Origin: Octopus vulgaris
Lineage: Eukaryota
NCBI GenBank assembly: GCA_951406725.2
Contig: OX597822.1
Span: 47,182,001-47,246,000, forward strand
Direction of reading: 5' to 3'
Length of the DNA stretch: 64,000 bases
Shown here: piece after piece, positions 37,643 to 50,632 of the stretch
Position numbering within the stretch: position 1 is the first letter of the stretch
How the letters are laid out: each line of letters begins with the position of its first letter
Position numbers and translations under genes: made by a program
The notes under the pieces: generated by a model
Database searches by the model: none
Told to the model about the DNA's origin: nothing
Seen by the model: only the letters and a program-made list of their open reading frames with translations

Positions 37643-39078
37643 TGTTACTGACGTCTTCTTTGGGGTGGGGGTGAAATAATTGTTTTTGGTAATGGTGAAT
37701 CTCGAAGCAGATTACTCAAGCGTACGACTATCGGGTTAAAAAAAATTCCTTTGAATAGTAAAACCCCAAAGCTACCTGTTGGTACTCGAACCAACATCCA
37801 CTATAAATATACATGCTATCATATACTATATATTTTACTCACACACATACACGCATATATAGTGCACTGGCATATTTGGATGTCAAAAAAATGTGAGAAA
37901 GATACGTAAAAGATGGTGGTACGCCAGAATTAACGCTCAAAAGCGGGGAACACAAAATAGCGGCGAAGTGAAACATCAGTCTCTCACCAAACATATCGAA
38001 CCAACTGTAATATAGAATATATAACGCATTGTACGTAATGCAGTTTGAGACTGCGTATGTATATATTACATAGCGCATCTGACAAGTCAGTGTGCATGTG
38101 TGTGTGTGCGTGGATAAACTATGTATATTGTAACATGTAATGTTATGTAGTGCGACGACGGATGGAAAAACCGCATGGTTTAAATGTTGAGTGAGTTAGT
38201 ATATGTAAGCGTGAGATACAGATTGTGCAATATGTGTACGTATGTTCGGTATATGAGATGATATACCGAAAAGCCATCTGTAAATACGTCATAATAAAAG
38301 TCATATGTACTGTGAGTAATGTATGCAACGTGTGTCTGTGTGTGCATGTATGTATGTCTGTGTGTAAGTGTTTATTATTTTAAGTTGCGCAGGCAAGTGG
38401 AAGCGGTAAATGTGTACTAGCGTGTAAGTGTAAAAGCGAGATATATGCGTTACTATACGTGTATGCATGTAATAAGTGAAAAAAAGCTGCATGTGTGTGT
38501 GGGATGTTGTGTACAAATAGTATGTGTAACGTATATTTTCTACGTTCAAAGCCGTTATCGCGTACAATGTGTGTATATGTGAAAAAGCGGCGAGTGCTGT
38601 TGAATTTCCATAAAATTACGTGTAGTGCTCACACGTGTGTGTGCAGGAAGGGTAACCGAAAAAGGAACGAGGAGAGGAGTGGAAGCGATTTTTGGTACTG
38701 CATCTATGGAGAAACACGCTGTTTTTATCGGAGGTCGCCCGTAACGTCTGTGCGTGCTCAGTATGTGTGTGTGTGTGTGTGCATGTGCGCGCACAATATC
38801 TGTGTTTATGTGAGCGTGTATATATATATGTGTGTGTGTGTGTGTGCATGCATTTGTGTATGTATATATATATATATATATATGTGTGTGTATACATATA
38901 TATGTGTATATAGAGAAAGATACATATGCATACAACCACACGCACACACATGCACCACACAAGCATATACATACGCGCGCGCGCGCGCGAAACACACATA
39001 TATATATATATAACCTCGTGTCGGACATTGAAGTGCTGTGCGTATATTCGTATGTGTGTTTGAAATTGTTTGCGTTTG

Positions 39079-39126
<48 letters not shown>

Positions 39127-39765
39127 TGTTTGCGCTAGTTTCGTTATCATGTCGGCTTTTATAAGTGTAAACCGTGTGTATACATTCTGAATATGGGTGT
39201 GTGTGAATGAATTATTTGTCTGTATATGTACAACTTGCGTGTAAGCATTCCGACAGCTTCACGCTGAGTATAAATATAATTGTGAATACATAACTTGTTT
39301 TATGATTGTGCAGGTATGTGTATGCGTATGTATACATTTTAATCTATTTTTGTATTTTTTTTTTGTATGATCATTGCCACCGAATGCTTGTGTGCGCATA
39401 AACATAAATGCACGTTTTGCGTATCTACGTGTGTGTATGATTTTGGATGGGCCTATCATAATAGCGTATGCGTGTTTACATGTTGCCTCTCTTGGTGAAG
39501 CAGCGGTGTGCACATGTATGTATGTATGTATGTATGTATGTATGTATGTATGTATGTATACATATATATATGCATATTTATATACATATACGTTCATTAC
39601 AACCTGTTCGTTGTGTGTATAGAGAAATACATACATGTGCCTGTGTGTGTGTATATCGTATATACAATTATATATATACATATATATATACACCCAAACA
39701 CGTTCACAAACAAATATGTAGAGAACGGAGAAAGCTTATATACATACATACATACACACACACAC

Positions 39766-39807
<42 letters not shown>

Positions 39808-39840
39808 TGTATATAGTTTTATACAGATACACTTGTATTT

Positions 39841-39889
<49 letters not shown>

Positions 39890-41456
39890 TGTGTGTGTGT
39901 GTGTGTGTGCGTATGTATGTAGGTATGTATTATATATATACACCAAATACTATTTTTTTTCAGTGCGTGTGTATATGTGTTCACGCATTTAATGTATAGT
40001 GTGTATTGGATAGAAAAGGTGGGAGTGATAAGCGTGGAGGTGTATGAGTTGCGTGTTTGTAGACAGATGTATGTGCGTGTGCGAATGTGTGCATGTGTGC
40101 GTGTTTATCTTTGCATGTTCGCGTGTGCATACTGAATTAAAAATATAAACCAGCGTGTGTGCGTATACATATGTATATATGTGAGTATGCAAGAAGTGCT
40201 TTGGATCTTGTGTAGGTATAACGTACAATTGTGTATGTGGATGTATGAGTTTGTGTGCGTGCGCGTTCATATATGCGCCTTTGTATGTGAATCTGTCAGT
40301 AAGTGGGGAAGGAAAGCAGAAACGACAGAGAGGGTGAGAGAGGAAGGGAAGAGGAAGGAGATGGTTGTATTGTGTCTGGAATTGTATGTGTATGTGACGT
40401 AAAGACTATGTGTGTGTATTTGTGCGTCTCTTTATTTCATGCGAATAAGTAGTGTGTGTGTGTGTGTATGTGTGTAAGTATATCTAAACGATTGTCTATC
40501 CTCGTCTCGAAATTAATATATATATATATATAAAGTACGATATATATATATACACACACACAAATATTTATGTCTACACGTCTATATTTCTTTGTATATG
40601 TACCTGCATACACACGTACACAATTGTACCCTCTCTCTCTAGCTATGTATCTGTGTGTATGTGTGTGTGTGTGTGTGTGTAAATGTTAGTGTCTTAGTTT
40701 CTACAACTGTATGTGTATATGTGTGTTTCAGTGTAATCTGTCTACATATTTGTGTCACTATATATATATAAACGTATGTGTGTTCGTGTGTACATGTATG
40801 GGTTAGTGTGTTAGGCAAAAACTATTAGACACCTTGTCTGCTGGCGTATTTAGTATCACCCCCCTCTCTCTCATTTTCTATGTGTATATCTGTATCCTCG
40901 TGTGTGAACTATTTATTTCTATCTCTATCTCAACCTCTCCCTCTCTATTTATGTATGTGTTAAGCTAAAAGAAGTGTCTTTTAAATAACCCTCGTGTTGT
41001 ATCTACTACTTCCTCTTCAGTCTAACTACTGACATCCATTGACTAGGCACAAGGCCTCCCGCCTCTTTTTTTTTATTCCCAGAGAAGCCATAGTATGTTG
41101 AAATATTCATGTTTTCGTCAAAGTATTAGTAGCACAACTGAAGTGAATTTTGTGTTGTTGTAGTCAACCAAGTGTTGAAACTACGATCAAGGACTTCGTA
41201 CGTCCTTTACACTCAACGACGAATCACCACCGATACTATTAACTGATCTGTTCATACTGCTTATAAGGAGTCCTCACACAAACAATCTCTCTCTCTAAAC
41301 CCACCATCTTGGCTTCCTCCTTCCACCTATTATATAGTATCTTATACAACATATGTGTGTATATATGTATTTATACTTATATTTCTCTGTGTGTATATAT
41401 GCTATGTTTTTCCTTTCATATATTTATTCTATTTTTGGCCTCTACGCATATCTTAC

Positions 41457-41555
41457 CACATCCTCCCCGAACGCCCTGGCGCGTTTTCGATCGTACGGAA
41501 ACGGCAGCCATTACTTCCCTTTAGGTGTCCATGGCTACCATATCAAACGCGTCTG
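41457..41555 (-). CDS. Candidate exon with start codon (MAAVSVRSKTRQGVRGGC), phase-1 donor
   Basis: Pyrimidine tract + CAGCAG acceptor, gtaATGG at 41511, donor GTG|GTAAGA; CpG-rich unique island. Confidence 0.3.
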
Positions 41556-41762
41556 CTGAGAGGAGGAGAAAAGGAGAGAGAGGAAACAGAGAGAAAGTAT
41601 GAAAGAAAGGGGGAGACAATTAAAATAGAAAGAGAAAGAGAGTGAAAGAGAGAGAGAAACGAAAGAAAATGAACAATAAAGGGAAAGAAAAAGAGAGAAG
41701 GGCTTATTTTTGAAAATGTGCTTTCGCTAGTCCTACGTTAACGTAGACAAGAAAACAGAGGA

Positions 41763-41814
41763 CCAATCAAAATGGGCAATCTAATCAGCTGATTGATAAC
41801 TTGCCCTTATAAGG
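41763..41814. promoter_or_regulatory. CCAAT + E-box + GATA + perfect CArG motif cluster
   Basis: CCAAT 41763, CAGCTG 41786-41791, TGATAA 41794-41799, CCTTATAAGG 41805-41814. Confidence 0.5.
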
Positions 41815-42034
41815 AAAATCCCACCAACGTTCTACATTCCAGACATAGTAGCAAGCATATCGGGTAGTGGTAGTTATAGTAGTAACAGTAGTGGAGGGAG
41901 GAGTAGGAAAGGCACAGGATGAAAATACACATGCGTGTAGCAGACAACGAAAATGAGTTTTTCGAAGAAGCCGATCCTTCTGTGTATGTGTGTATTTACA
42001 TATATACAACATGCTAACATATAGGTGTGTGAAA

Positions 42035-42066
<32 letters not shown>

Positions 42067-42319
42067 TAAATATGTATATATATATATATATATAATATAT
42101 ATATATATATGTGTATATATGTATGTGTATCTATGTGTGTGTATATATATATGTATGTATATATATTTGATGATATATGTATATATGATGATGTGTGTAG
42201 GGTATAGTGTAGAGACTAGATATAAAGATATTACATTGACATTCTTACTAATAGTCTACAAATTTTCGTCATTAGCATCGAATTATTATTACCATTTGAC
42301 TTTCAAAATTGCAGTTCCC

Positions 42320-42985
42320 TAAGACGAAAAGTACCAGTTATGTACTTGGGTGCATTTAAACCCTTTTCGATCCTCGTACGAAAGTATCCCGAGGTGTGTT
42401 TTGCTAGTAGTTATCCTTCTACAGGTATAACAATGTAAAAATTACAGTGAAAGAATAAAAGTTGATTTAATGATCTTATAAGCATCTACGATGCGAATAA
42501 AATTATTGGAGAAAACTAACACTTTGTTTTTCATTTTCGTGGGAACGACAGAGTCGATAAAATATGCAACCAGTCAACAACTTGGGGTCGATATAATCAG
42601 CTGTTGCTTCAGACGTAATGTTTGTCCTTGTGACGAACTAAATGCCATGCGGTATTTTCATTTACAGCTAACTACATTCTGAGCTTACATCCTGCTAGAG
42701 TCAACTTTGCCTTTCATCCTTTCGGGATCCATAGATTAAGTACCAGTGAAACACTGGGGTCGATATAATCGATTAGTCCCCTCACCCAAAATTTCAAGCC
42801 CTTGTGCCTTCAGTAGAAAGGATAATAATAATAATAATTATTATTATTATTATTCAAGCGTGGTTTAGCCGAACCGCGTTCCTTCGACCAATCTCATATT
42901 TGCCTTTCATTCCTCTGCGGTCGATAAGATCACGTACAGGGCTCGCTTAATCGATTAACCCCTCCCACGAAATTTGTTAGCCCCG
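42320..42985 (+). mobile_element. Cluster of old, diverged Nin-type SINEs
   Basis: gtcaactttgcctttcatcctttcgg...aagtaccag and degenerate neighbours. Confidence 0.8.
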
Positions 42986-43477
42986 TGTCTAAGTCAAGCT
43001 GGCCCTGAGTCTTATTGTTATTCAAGAGCGGTGGATTAGCAGAATAGTTACAGATGTGATTTAAAGGAGACTTGGTTGTGGCTGTAATTTCTAGCAGAAC
43101 GAGTGACCATGTTGAAGGTTCGGCACAACACGACGGGTTTGTTGTGTACAAAACATAAAAAAGATAAATAAAGCGAGAAAATTGTTACTACATGACAAGC
43201 TGATGCACAGATACATACAGATATATATATATGTGTGCTTTTTTATAGTGTGCGCGAATACGATGAAAGCACAGCATAATACAACACGTACTACACACAT
43301 ACGCACGAAACATACAAAATACCCAGTCGAGTCGTCTACTACAAATACTACTACTACTACCACCATCAACAACAAAACTACAGCTACCACCGCTACCACC
43401 ATCAATACTAATACTACTGCTGCTGCTACGGCTACTGCTGTTACTCTACTGCACGCTTCTCCCTGCTAGAAGCTTCG

Positions 43478-43506
43478 TCAACAGCTGTTGATTTGTTTAT
43501 TTTTAG
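43478..43506. promoter_or_regulatory. Palindromic myogenic-type E-box next to a MEF2 consensus site
   Basis: TCAACAGCTGTTGA (43478-43491) and TTATTTTTAG (43497-43506, matches YTAWWWWTAR). Confidence 0.5.
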
Positions 43507-43825
43507 TTTCCCGCGTCTCTTTTTTTCACTCTCTACCTCCCCCTCTCTCTCGCCACCATTTACACACTTCATCCCTGGGAAAAATTGTGTTCATGCGCCG
43601 ACAAAAATGATTCCCTCATGTTTCGCGCCCGCGTTGCTAACTGTTACGTTACAAACGATGTGCTTGATAGTGTTTCCGGCTTTTTGCTCCCCGAAATCTT
43701 TTCCTCTCTTTTCGTTTCTTCTCTTATCTTTCTTGTGATTATCGCTGGTAAAGACAGCTCAATAAAACATTCATTTCATGCGCAACTTCTCTGTCTGCTA
43801 AGCACACACGCACACACACACACAC

Positions 43826-43827
43826 AC

Positions 43828-43898
<71 letters not shown>

Positions 43899-44366
43899 AT
43901 ATATATAATATATATAATATATATAATATATATATTATATATAATATATATAATATTATATATATATAATATATATATTATATATAATATATATTATATC
44001 ATATATATAATATATATCATATATATATATATATATATAATATATATCATATTATATATATAATATACATTATATTATATATCATATATAAAATATATAT
44101 TATATTATATATATATATATATTATATATCATATATAAAACATTCGTTTTATGCTTCTGCCTGCAAAACGTACATATATACATACATACATACATATATA
44201 TATTTATATATATACTATATATATATATATATAATACATATATAATATATAAATGTATATATATATTCATATATATATATATATATATATACATATATAA
44301 TATATAAATGTATATATATATTCTATATATATATATATACATATATAATACATATATAATATATAA

Positions 44367-44405
<39 letters not shown>

Positions 44406-44475
44406 TAATACATATATAATATATAAATGTATATATATATTCATATATATATATATATATATACATATATAATAT

Positions 44476-44525
<50 letters not shown>

Positions 44526-44580
44526 TAATATATACTTATATATATACATATATATTTATATATATGTATATATATATTAA
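43826..44580. repeat. ~750-bp (TA)-rich micro/minisatellite
   Basis: Nearly all A/T with recurring units such as atacatatataatatataaatgt. Confidence 0.97.
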
Positions 44581-45192
44581 TTCTATCTTGTTGGGATGGT
44601 AATGTTTGTTTTCTGCAAATCTTGTGAAATTAGTAGCTACAAGTAGTAGATCGAACTTGGTTCATAGTTTCCAGCCAGCAATGTGATATGAAGAGTGAAT
44701 CGGAGATATAGAAACATCCATGTACATGTTTTAATTTTTCTTCTTCTACCAAACACTATTCAAATACTGCGGGTGGGGAGGATATGACAGACAAAAAAAG
44801 GAGGAACAAGAACGATAAAGGGGAGAAAAATGACAGCCAGACAAGAAAGGAAATAAGAGAAGAAATAGAGAATGAGGGCGGTGGGGTGGCGGACGAAACG
44901 CAACAGATATGAAAAGAAAGTCTGGACAATGTAAAGGAATACGGGCAAAGATTTGCTGAGAGACTTTAAGTGTTTGGGGAATGAGAGAGGGAAGAGTCAT
45001 GATGAAAGGGTTTAAACAGTGTGAAGCGGAGAGTCATATCTATCTATCTATCTATCTGTTCCTATAAGTATATATATATATATATAAATATATATAATTA
45101 CACACACATACATATATACAAGTGTAAGGCGGCAGCTGGTGATTGGTTTACTCTTACTACTCGGAGTTTCCCGCCACGTGGGATCGTTCGGG

Positions 45193-45223
<31 letters not shown>

Positions 45224-47190
45224 CACATACGCACACACACGTATGTGTGCGTGCATACACACACATGGACGTATAAGTGTGGATGTATAAACGGGGGAAT
45301 AGCGTAAAATAAATGAAATTAGACGAGCGTGATAGGAATGTTGGGTGAGAATATTCGATACATATATATATATATGTATGTGTGTATGTATGTTTTATGT
45401 GTGTGCACGGTAAAGCTTCCTGAGCGTATATTTTATTTTGAATTTCCTTTTGTTTCTCATGGAGTATGTGAAATGAAACAAATAATAGGGTAGGATGGAA
45501 TGGAGAAGCGAAGAAAGATAGAAGGTGATATTGAGAAATTGAACGGAAGAGAGTTAAAGAGACAGAGTGATGCGTATTGCTGTAGGGGTAGGGGAAGGAG
45601 GGAATGGTAATGAATAAATGAAAGAGTGAAAGAGTGAAAGAGATAGAGAAATAGAAATGAAGAGAATATCAGAGTGCGATATAAGGTAAAAAGAGAGAGA
45701 GAAAGAGTGAGAAAGAAGGAGTAATAGAACTGTTTAAAAAAAAAAAAGAAGGGTTAAATATGTAGGGAAGAAAAGAAAGGAGAGTTTCAAGGAAAGGCGT
45801 AAGTCAAATAAAAGGAGGTGGAGAAGGAGGAGAAGTAAGAAGCCATCTGACACAGAGAAGGACGAGGAGAAGGGACTACTTTCTAAATGTGAATAGGTGC
45901 ACGTATGTTTCCCGCCAATTCCTACTCATTCTAGACGCACACAACAACACGTCAACTATTACTGGAACAAACATAAACACACACATGCATTGACGCATAC
46001 ACACACATATATGAGTATGTACAAAGAAACGCTGTATGATGGTAGGAGGCACATTGCCTCTCCTTCCCCGGTCACTCTCTCTCCCCTTTTTCTTTACTCA
46101 CATACATTCTCTTTCCCTTTCTTTTAATTTTTCTGCCTATCAAAAGTCTGTATATGTTTCACTCTTTCTCTTTTATGTTTCTCTGTATTCTTACTTTATT
46201 TCTTTCACACTGTCTACATACATACACACATTCTCACGTTGTTTCTCACACTCCTACTCACTCGTTTTTCACTCCCTCTTTTCTCTTACCATCTCTTAAG
46301 TCGCACCACCACTGTCGCCGCTCTCCCTCACACCGTCACTCCATTATCAACACTATCACCGCCAAGAAGACAGCGATGTCGTGGAAGGAGAAGACAGAGT
46401 GAAGGGGAGTAAGAGCAATAGTGAAAGGGGGAAACAAACGTACATAGTGGCGTGGTATAATGGCGTGCCTACAACCAGCAGCGAGTAGAGAGACATTCGG
46501 TTTAAATACCAACTAAAATAATCTTTCAATGTTTATATTTTTTTGGTAAAGACATCTTTATAACCACCAACAACCATTTTCCCCTTGTACACTGGAATCT
46601 CTTGGATTTTCCTTCATCTTGTGGGTCAATATACTATTTACAGAGGCCATCCACTTTTGGATAGAACCATTTTATTCATAACATTTGTTACATCGGCTCC
46701 GCTCCGTCTTGTAAAGTGAACGTGCGTTTTTTTTCTCTCTCCTACCCTCCTCTCTTTCTCAGTCTCTTCCTTTCTCTTTCATCCTCCCCCTCTCAATATC
46801 TTACCTTCTTTTTATCTCTCTCTTTCCTCTTTCTGTCTATAGTATCTCTCTTTCTCACTCATCTGTTCCTTATTCTCCGACAACGATCATATATCATCAA
46901 ATATTTTTGTGTTTTTGTGTGTATATATATATTATATATACACATAGATACGTATACATACATATATACATACATACATTCACAGAAATCATTCATACAC
47001 TCAGACTACAGACATAACCGCCAACAACAGATAGGCACTTTGGATATTTTATCTCCCCGGGGGGTGTTTGTTTTGGGGTTTCTTTTTAATACCCTTGAAC
47101 CTTTCAGGGTTCGTTATAGCTTCTTAACATCCCTTTTTCTCCCTCTGTCCGTGTGTAACATCTATTTCTAACTCTTGTTCAACTACTACT

Positions 47191-47282
47191 ATGTCTGTTT
47201 ACCCTCGGACAGCTGAAAAGAAACGAATTATGCAGGAATACCGGATGCGACACGAAGAGATGACATCCGTAGCAATAAACAG
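47191..47282 (+). CDS. Candidate first coding exon (MSVYPRTAEKKRIMQEYRMRHEEMTSVAIN-R/S), phase-2 donor
   Basis: actATG, 30 open protein-like codons (the other two frames contain stops), consensus donor CAG|GTAAGA followed by T-rich intron-like sequence. Confidence 0.45.
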
Positions 47283-50235
47283 GTAAGATAAAAATAGATT
47301 GTTTATTTTGTTGTTCTGTTTTGTTGATTTTTTTTTTGCTGCTTTCGCTTTTATTATTTGTTCTCTTTCTGCTGAGTTTGATACCAGAACAGTACACATA
47401 ACCACACCACCAAAATATAAACATTAAACACACTGAACCTTCAATGACAATTGTCAGCAAAAGGACATAAATACAACAAACCATTGCTAGTTGTGAGGTT
47501 TTTTTTAGTCCCAGCCCAGCGAAAAGTTAAAAGATGACCCAGCAATGGCCCAAAAGTATTCTAGCCACGATCATTTTATCATTTTGTTTTCCAGATTTCG
47601 TCCCTTTTTTTTTTTTTTTGGAGAATGAGTAAATAAATAATTTTGTGTGATATGAGGGTGGTTTAATCACTATTCATGTTTTGTTTTGCAAAGGAAATTT
47701 ACCACCAACCTGTAAGGCTCCCTCGTTGGCTTAAGCAATTAGCGGCGGAGCTAGATTTTGTTTTTCTGAAAGTACCAATACTTTAATACAAGAGTGGATA
47801 TAGTCGATTGTACCCTTCCGTAGTGCTACCCTTTTGGCTGTTACACTCCAACCAGTAAAATAGTTTAGACTTACGTAAGGATAGTTGGCAAGTCGTATCT
47901 CGCCAAAACAGACCCTCTAGTTATAAATCCAACAGTTGGTGATGATATTACCTGTAATTAATACCTTATATCTAACAATACCTGTTATGCTAATTGTAGG
48001 ATGGTAGGGTTGTTGCAGTTGGGTTGGGTTATTCATAACATCTCTACCCGCAATCTTGCGTTACTAGGGTAAGAAATACCCCACCCATTTTCACCCGATC
48101 GATCAAATGAGGACCCGTATTTGTGTGAGGTTGTTTTGCGCGCTCGCACTGACACACCGACTCATGTGTGTGTGTGGAAATAGTCTGTACTGATCTTTTT
48201 TTTGTTGCTGCATTAAAACCTTTGATAGTTAACACTTTATCAGAATGTTATTGTAAACACTCGTACACAAATGTATGTTACATGTATATGCTCACGTACA
48301 CAATCACACATGATTACATATGTGAGTGTACTCAGGTACACATATATGTTTACTCGTATTGCACACACGTAAAATATGTTTACACGTGTATAATCACACA
48401 CGTGTAGTACTTTATGAAGTTGGCGCACTCACACACACGTATGCGTATTCATACAGCTACATATGACAAGACTTGGATGCAGTCAATGTATGCATACATA
48501 CGTTACGTATACATATATTTATAGACACATAATTACACACGTGTATAGACTTAGATATATTTTGTGTTTACACACACGTGTGTTAAACACATGTAAGCAT
48601 GTTTACAAAACCCATAATCACATGCATGGGTATTACCTGTGGCCATGCCTATACACAATCACAGAAATGCGTATTACATAGTAATAGTCAGGTTTACATA
48701 CACCAAACATGTGGGTATGTTTACACACGTTTTGTGTGGTGTATGGTGTAAACTGGTATTGTTCCCTCACGAAAACCAGGAAAAAGCCCTGCAAACAAAA
48801 CCACACGCTTAAATGTAAAGTAGAAAAATTTCACGATTAAATAAATATCACAAATACGTAATAAATGTTTCAAAAATAAAAAAAGCATAGAAAAGGTAAA
48901 AGTATGATTAAATTTTTGTATAATTATAGAAAGTGAAAGAGATAATTGTACAAATGTCTCCCTTTTCGAATTATACATTTTTACTTTTTATTTTCGTGGA
49001 AAAGTACTTTGAAAACAAAACGAGAAAACATGAGAAAGTGGTGTGCCGAAAGAAAAAAAAAAAAAGATTTGTTATCCTTTGTAGTTTCATTGGAAGGGTT
49101 CAGGGTTTTTAATTATCTCAAGGGAGTTTTTGACCCACAGGAATTTTTGCCCCACGAAGAGGTTTTCACTTGATCCCGGAAATATGTATATGTGTATTAT
49201 GTAACGAGTGTATATATATATGCGTACGTGTGTTTGTGTGCTTAATGTAAATCTCTTTCTCTTTGTATGTAACATCAGTCTGTTGTATGGGTGCTTATTT
49301 ATATATATATATATTCTGTATTTATAGAAATGTTTCTGTCTGTATCTCTATGTAAATATGTGTGTGTGTGTATCGAGTTCTTTATATGGCTGCATGTCTG
49401 TTTATATATATATATATACATGTTTAAATAGAAATGTGTAATAGATAAATAGTAAATATATACGCGTATCAGTGCATGTTTTTTTAATTTTATTTCAAGG
49501 TGTTTATTATGTGTCGTGAAAATCAGTGTACAACGTACAGTATGTGTGTATATACGTGTGCTATGTACATTTCTATAAACGTATATATGCTTGTGTGTGT
49601 GTATATATATACATACATATATCTGTGTGCGCGTGATGAAATAAATCCGGCTCTAATCCCATTTGAGATGATCCTTCATGATGGATCAAATAGTATTTTG
49701 GAAGGTCATAGATAGATCGAGTAAGGGAGGGTGTGTTCGCGTCCGCGTCCCCCGCTCCCTCGTATTATTACTCTTTCTCGCCCTCCTCCTCCGTCAATCA
49801 CAAGTCTCTGCTTGCATGACTGTCTGTCTGGTCGCTGGGTGGGTGGAGCATTGTTCTCTTGTATTTTGTTTGTTGTTGCTGCTGCGACTACTACTACTGC
49901 TGCTGCTATTACTACTACTACGTTTAAGCTATTACCACTAACCACTACTTAGTAAAATTTTTGCTACTACTACCACCAATACCGTATTTCTACTACTATT
50001 ACTACTCCTTTCCTAATAGACCACCACCACCACAACTACTACTACTGCTGCTGTTGTTGATGTACTGCTGTTACTATTGATATATTACTACTATTGTTGA
50101 CGATTGTGATTCGGTTTCGATTCCACGTTGCAAACTGCTCGTCTGTGAATGAAATGCTTATATAAATATCTCCATTAAGGTCATTTGTTGGTGCTGGATT
50201 TGGTGTTGGTTAGTAGCTCTGCAAACCGATTGATA

Positions 50236-50290
50236 TGATAACACTACACCACATGCGTTCCCGCCCAGCTGAAGAATCCTTCTTATATGG
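50236..50290. promoter_or_regulatory. GATA + GC-box + E-box + CArG-like cluster
   Basis: TGATAA 50236, CCCGCCC 50260, CAGCTG 50266, TCTTATATGG 50281-50290 (9/10 match to CArG). Confidence 0.4.
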
Positions 50291-50582
50291 CAGCCCTGTC
50301 GGTGTAAGGAAAGGAGGATGTTAAGTTGCCCGTGTGCGTGATAGTAAAAATACTCCGTTTGCCAAGAGGTACATTAAAGAGTTGTACTGTTTTTTTTTGT
50401 GGAATCGATACTCAACATAACACGCACACATACATTAAGAATGGTACGTAAACAGAGGTTACCATAGTGTAAGTTTGAGAAAAACAACACACACACACCC
50501 ACGTGTGTAGTGAGGAAACCCAGCTGATTTGTTTTCTATTTTGTTTTGTATTTTCTCTTTGACACCTTTGTGTGTGTGTGCG

Positions 50583-50632
<50 letters not shown>

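Noticed and set aside
49678-49720. Plus-strand MMDQIVFWKVIDRS with donor A|GTAAGG
   Set aside because: Short, weak exon-side donor context and a different phase from the 47191 exon; not distinguishable from chance.
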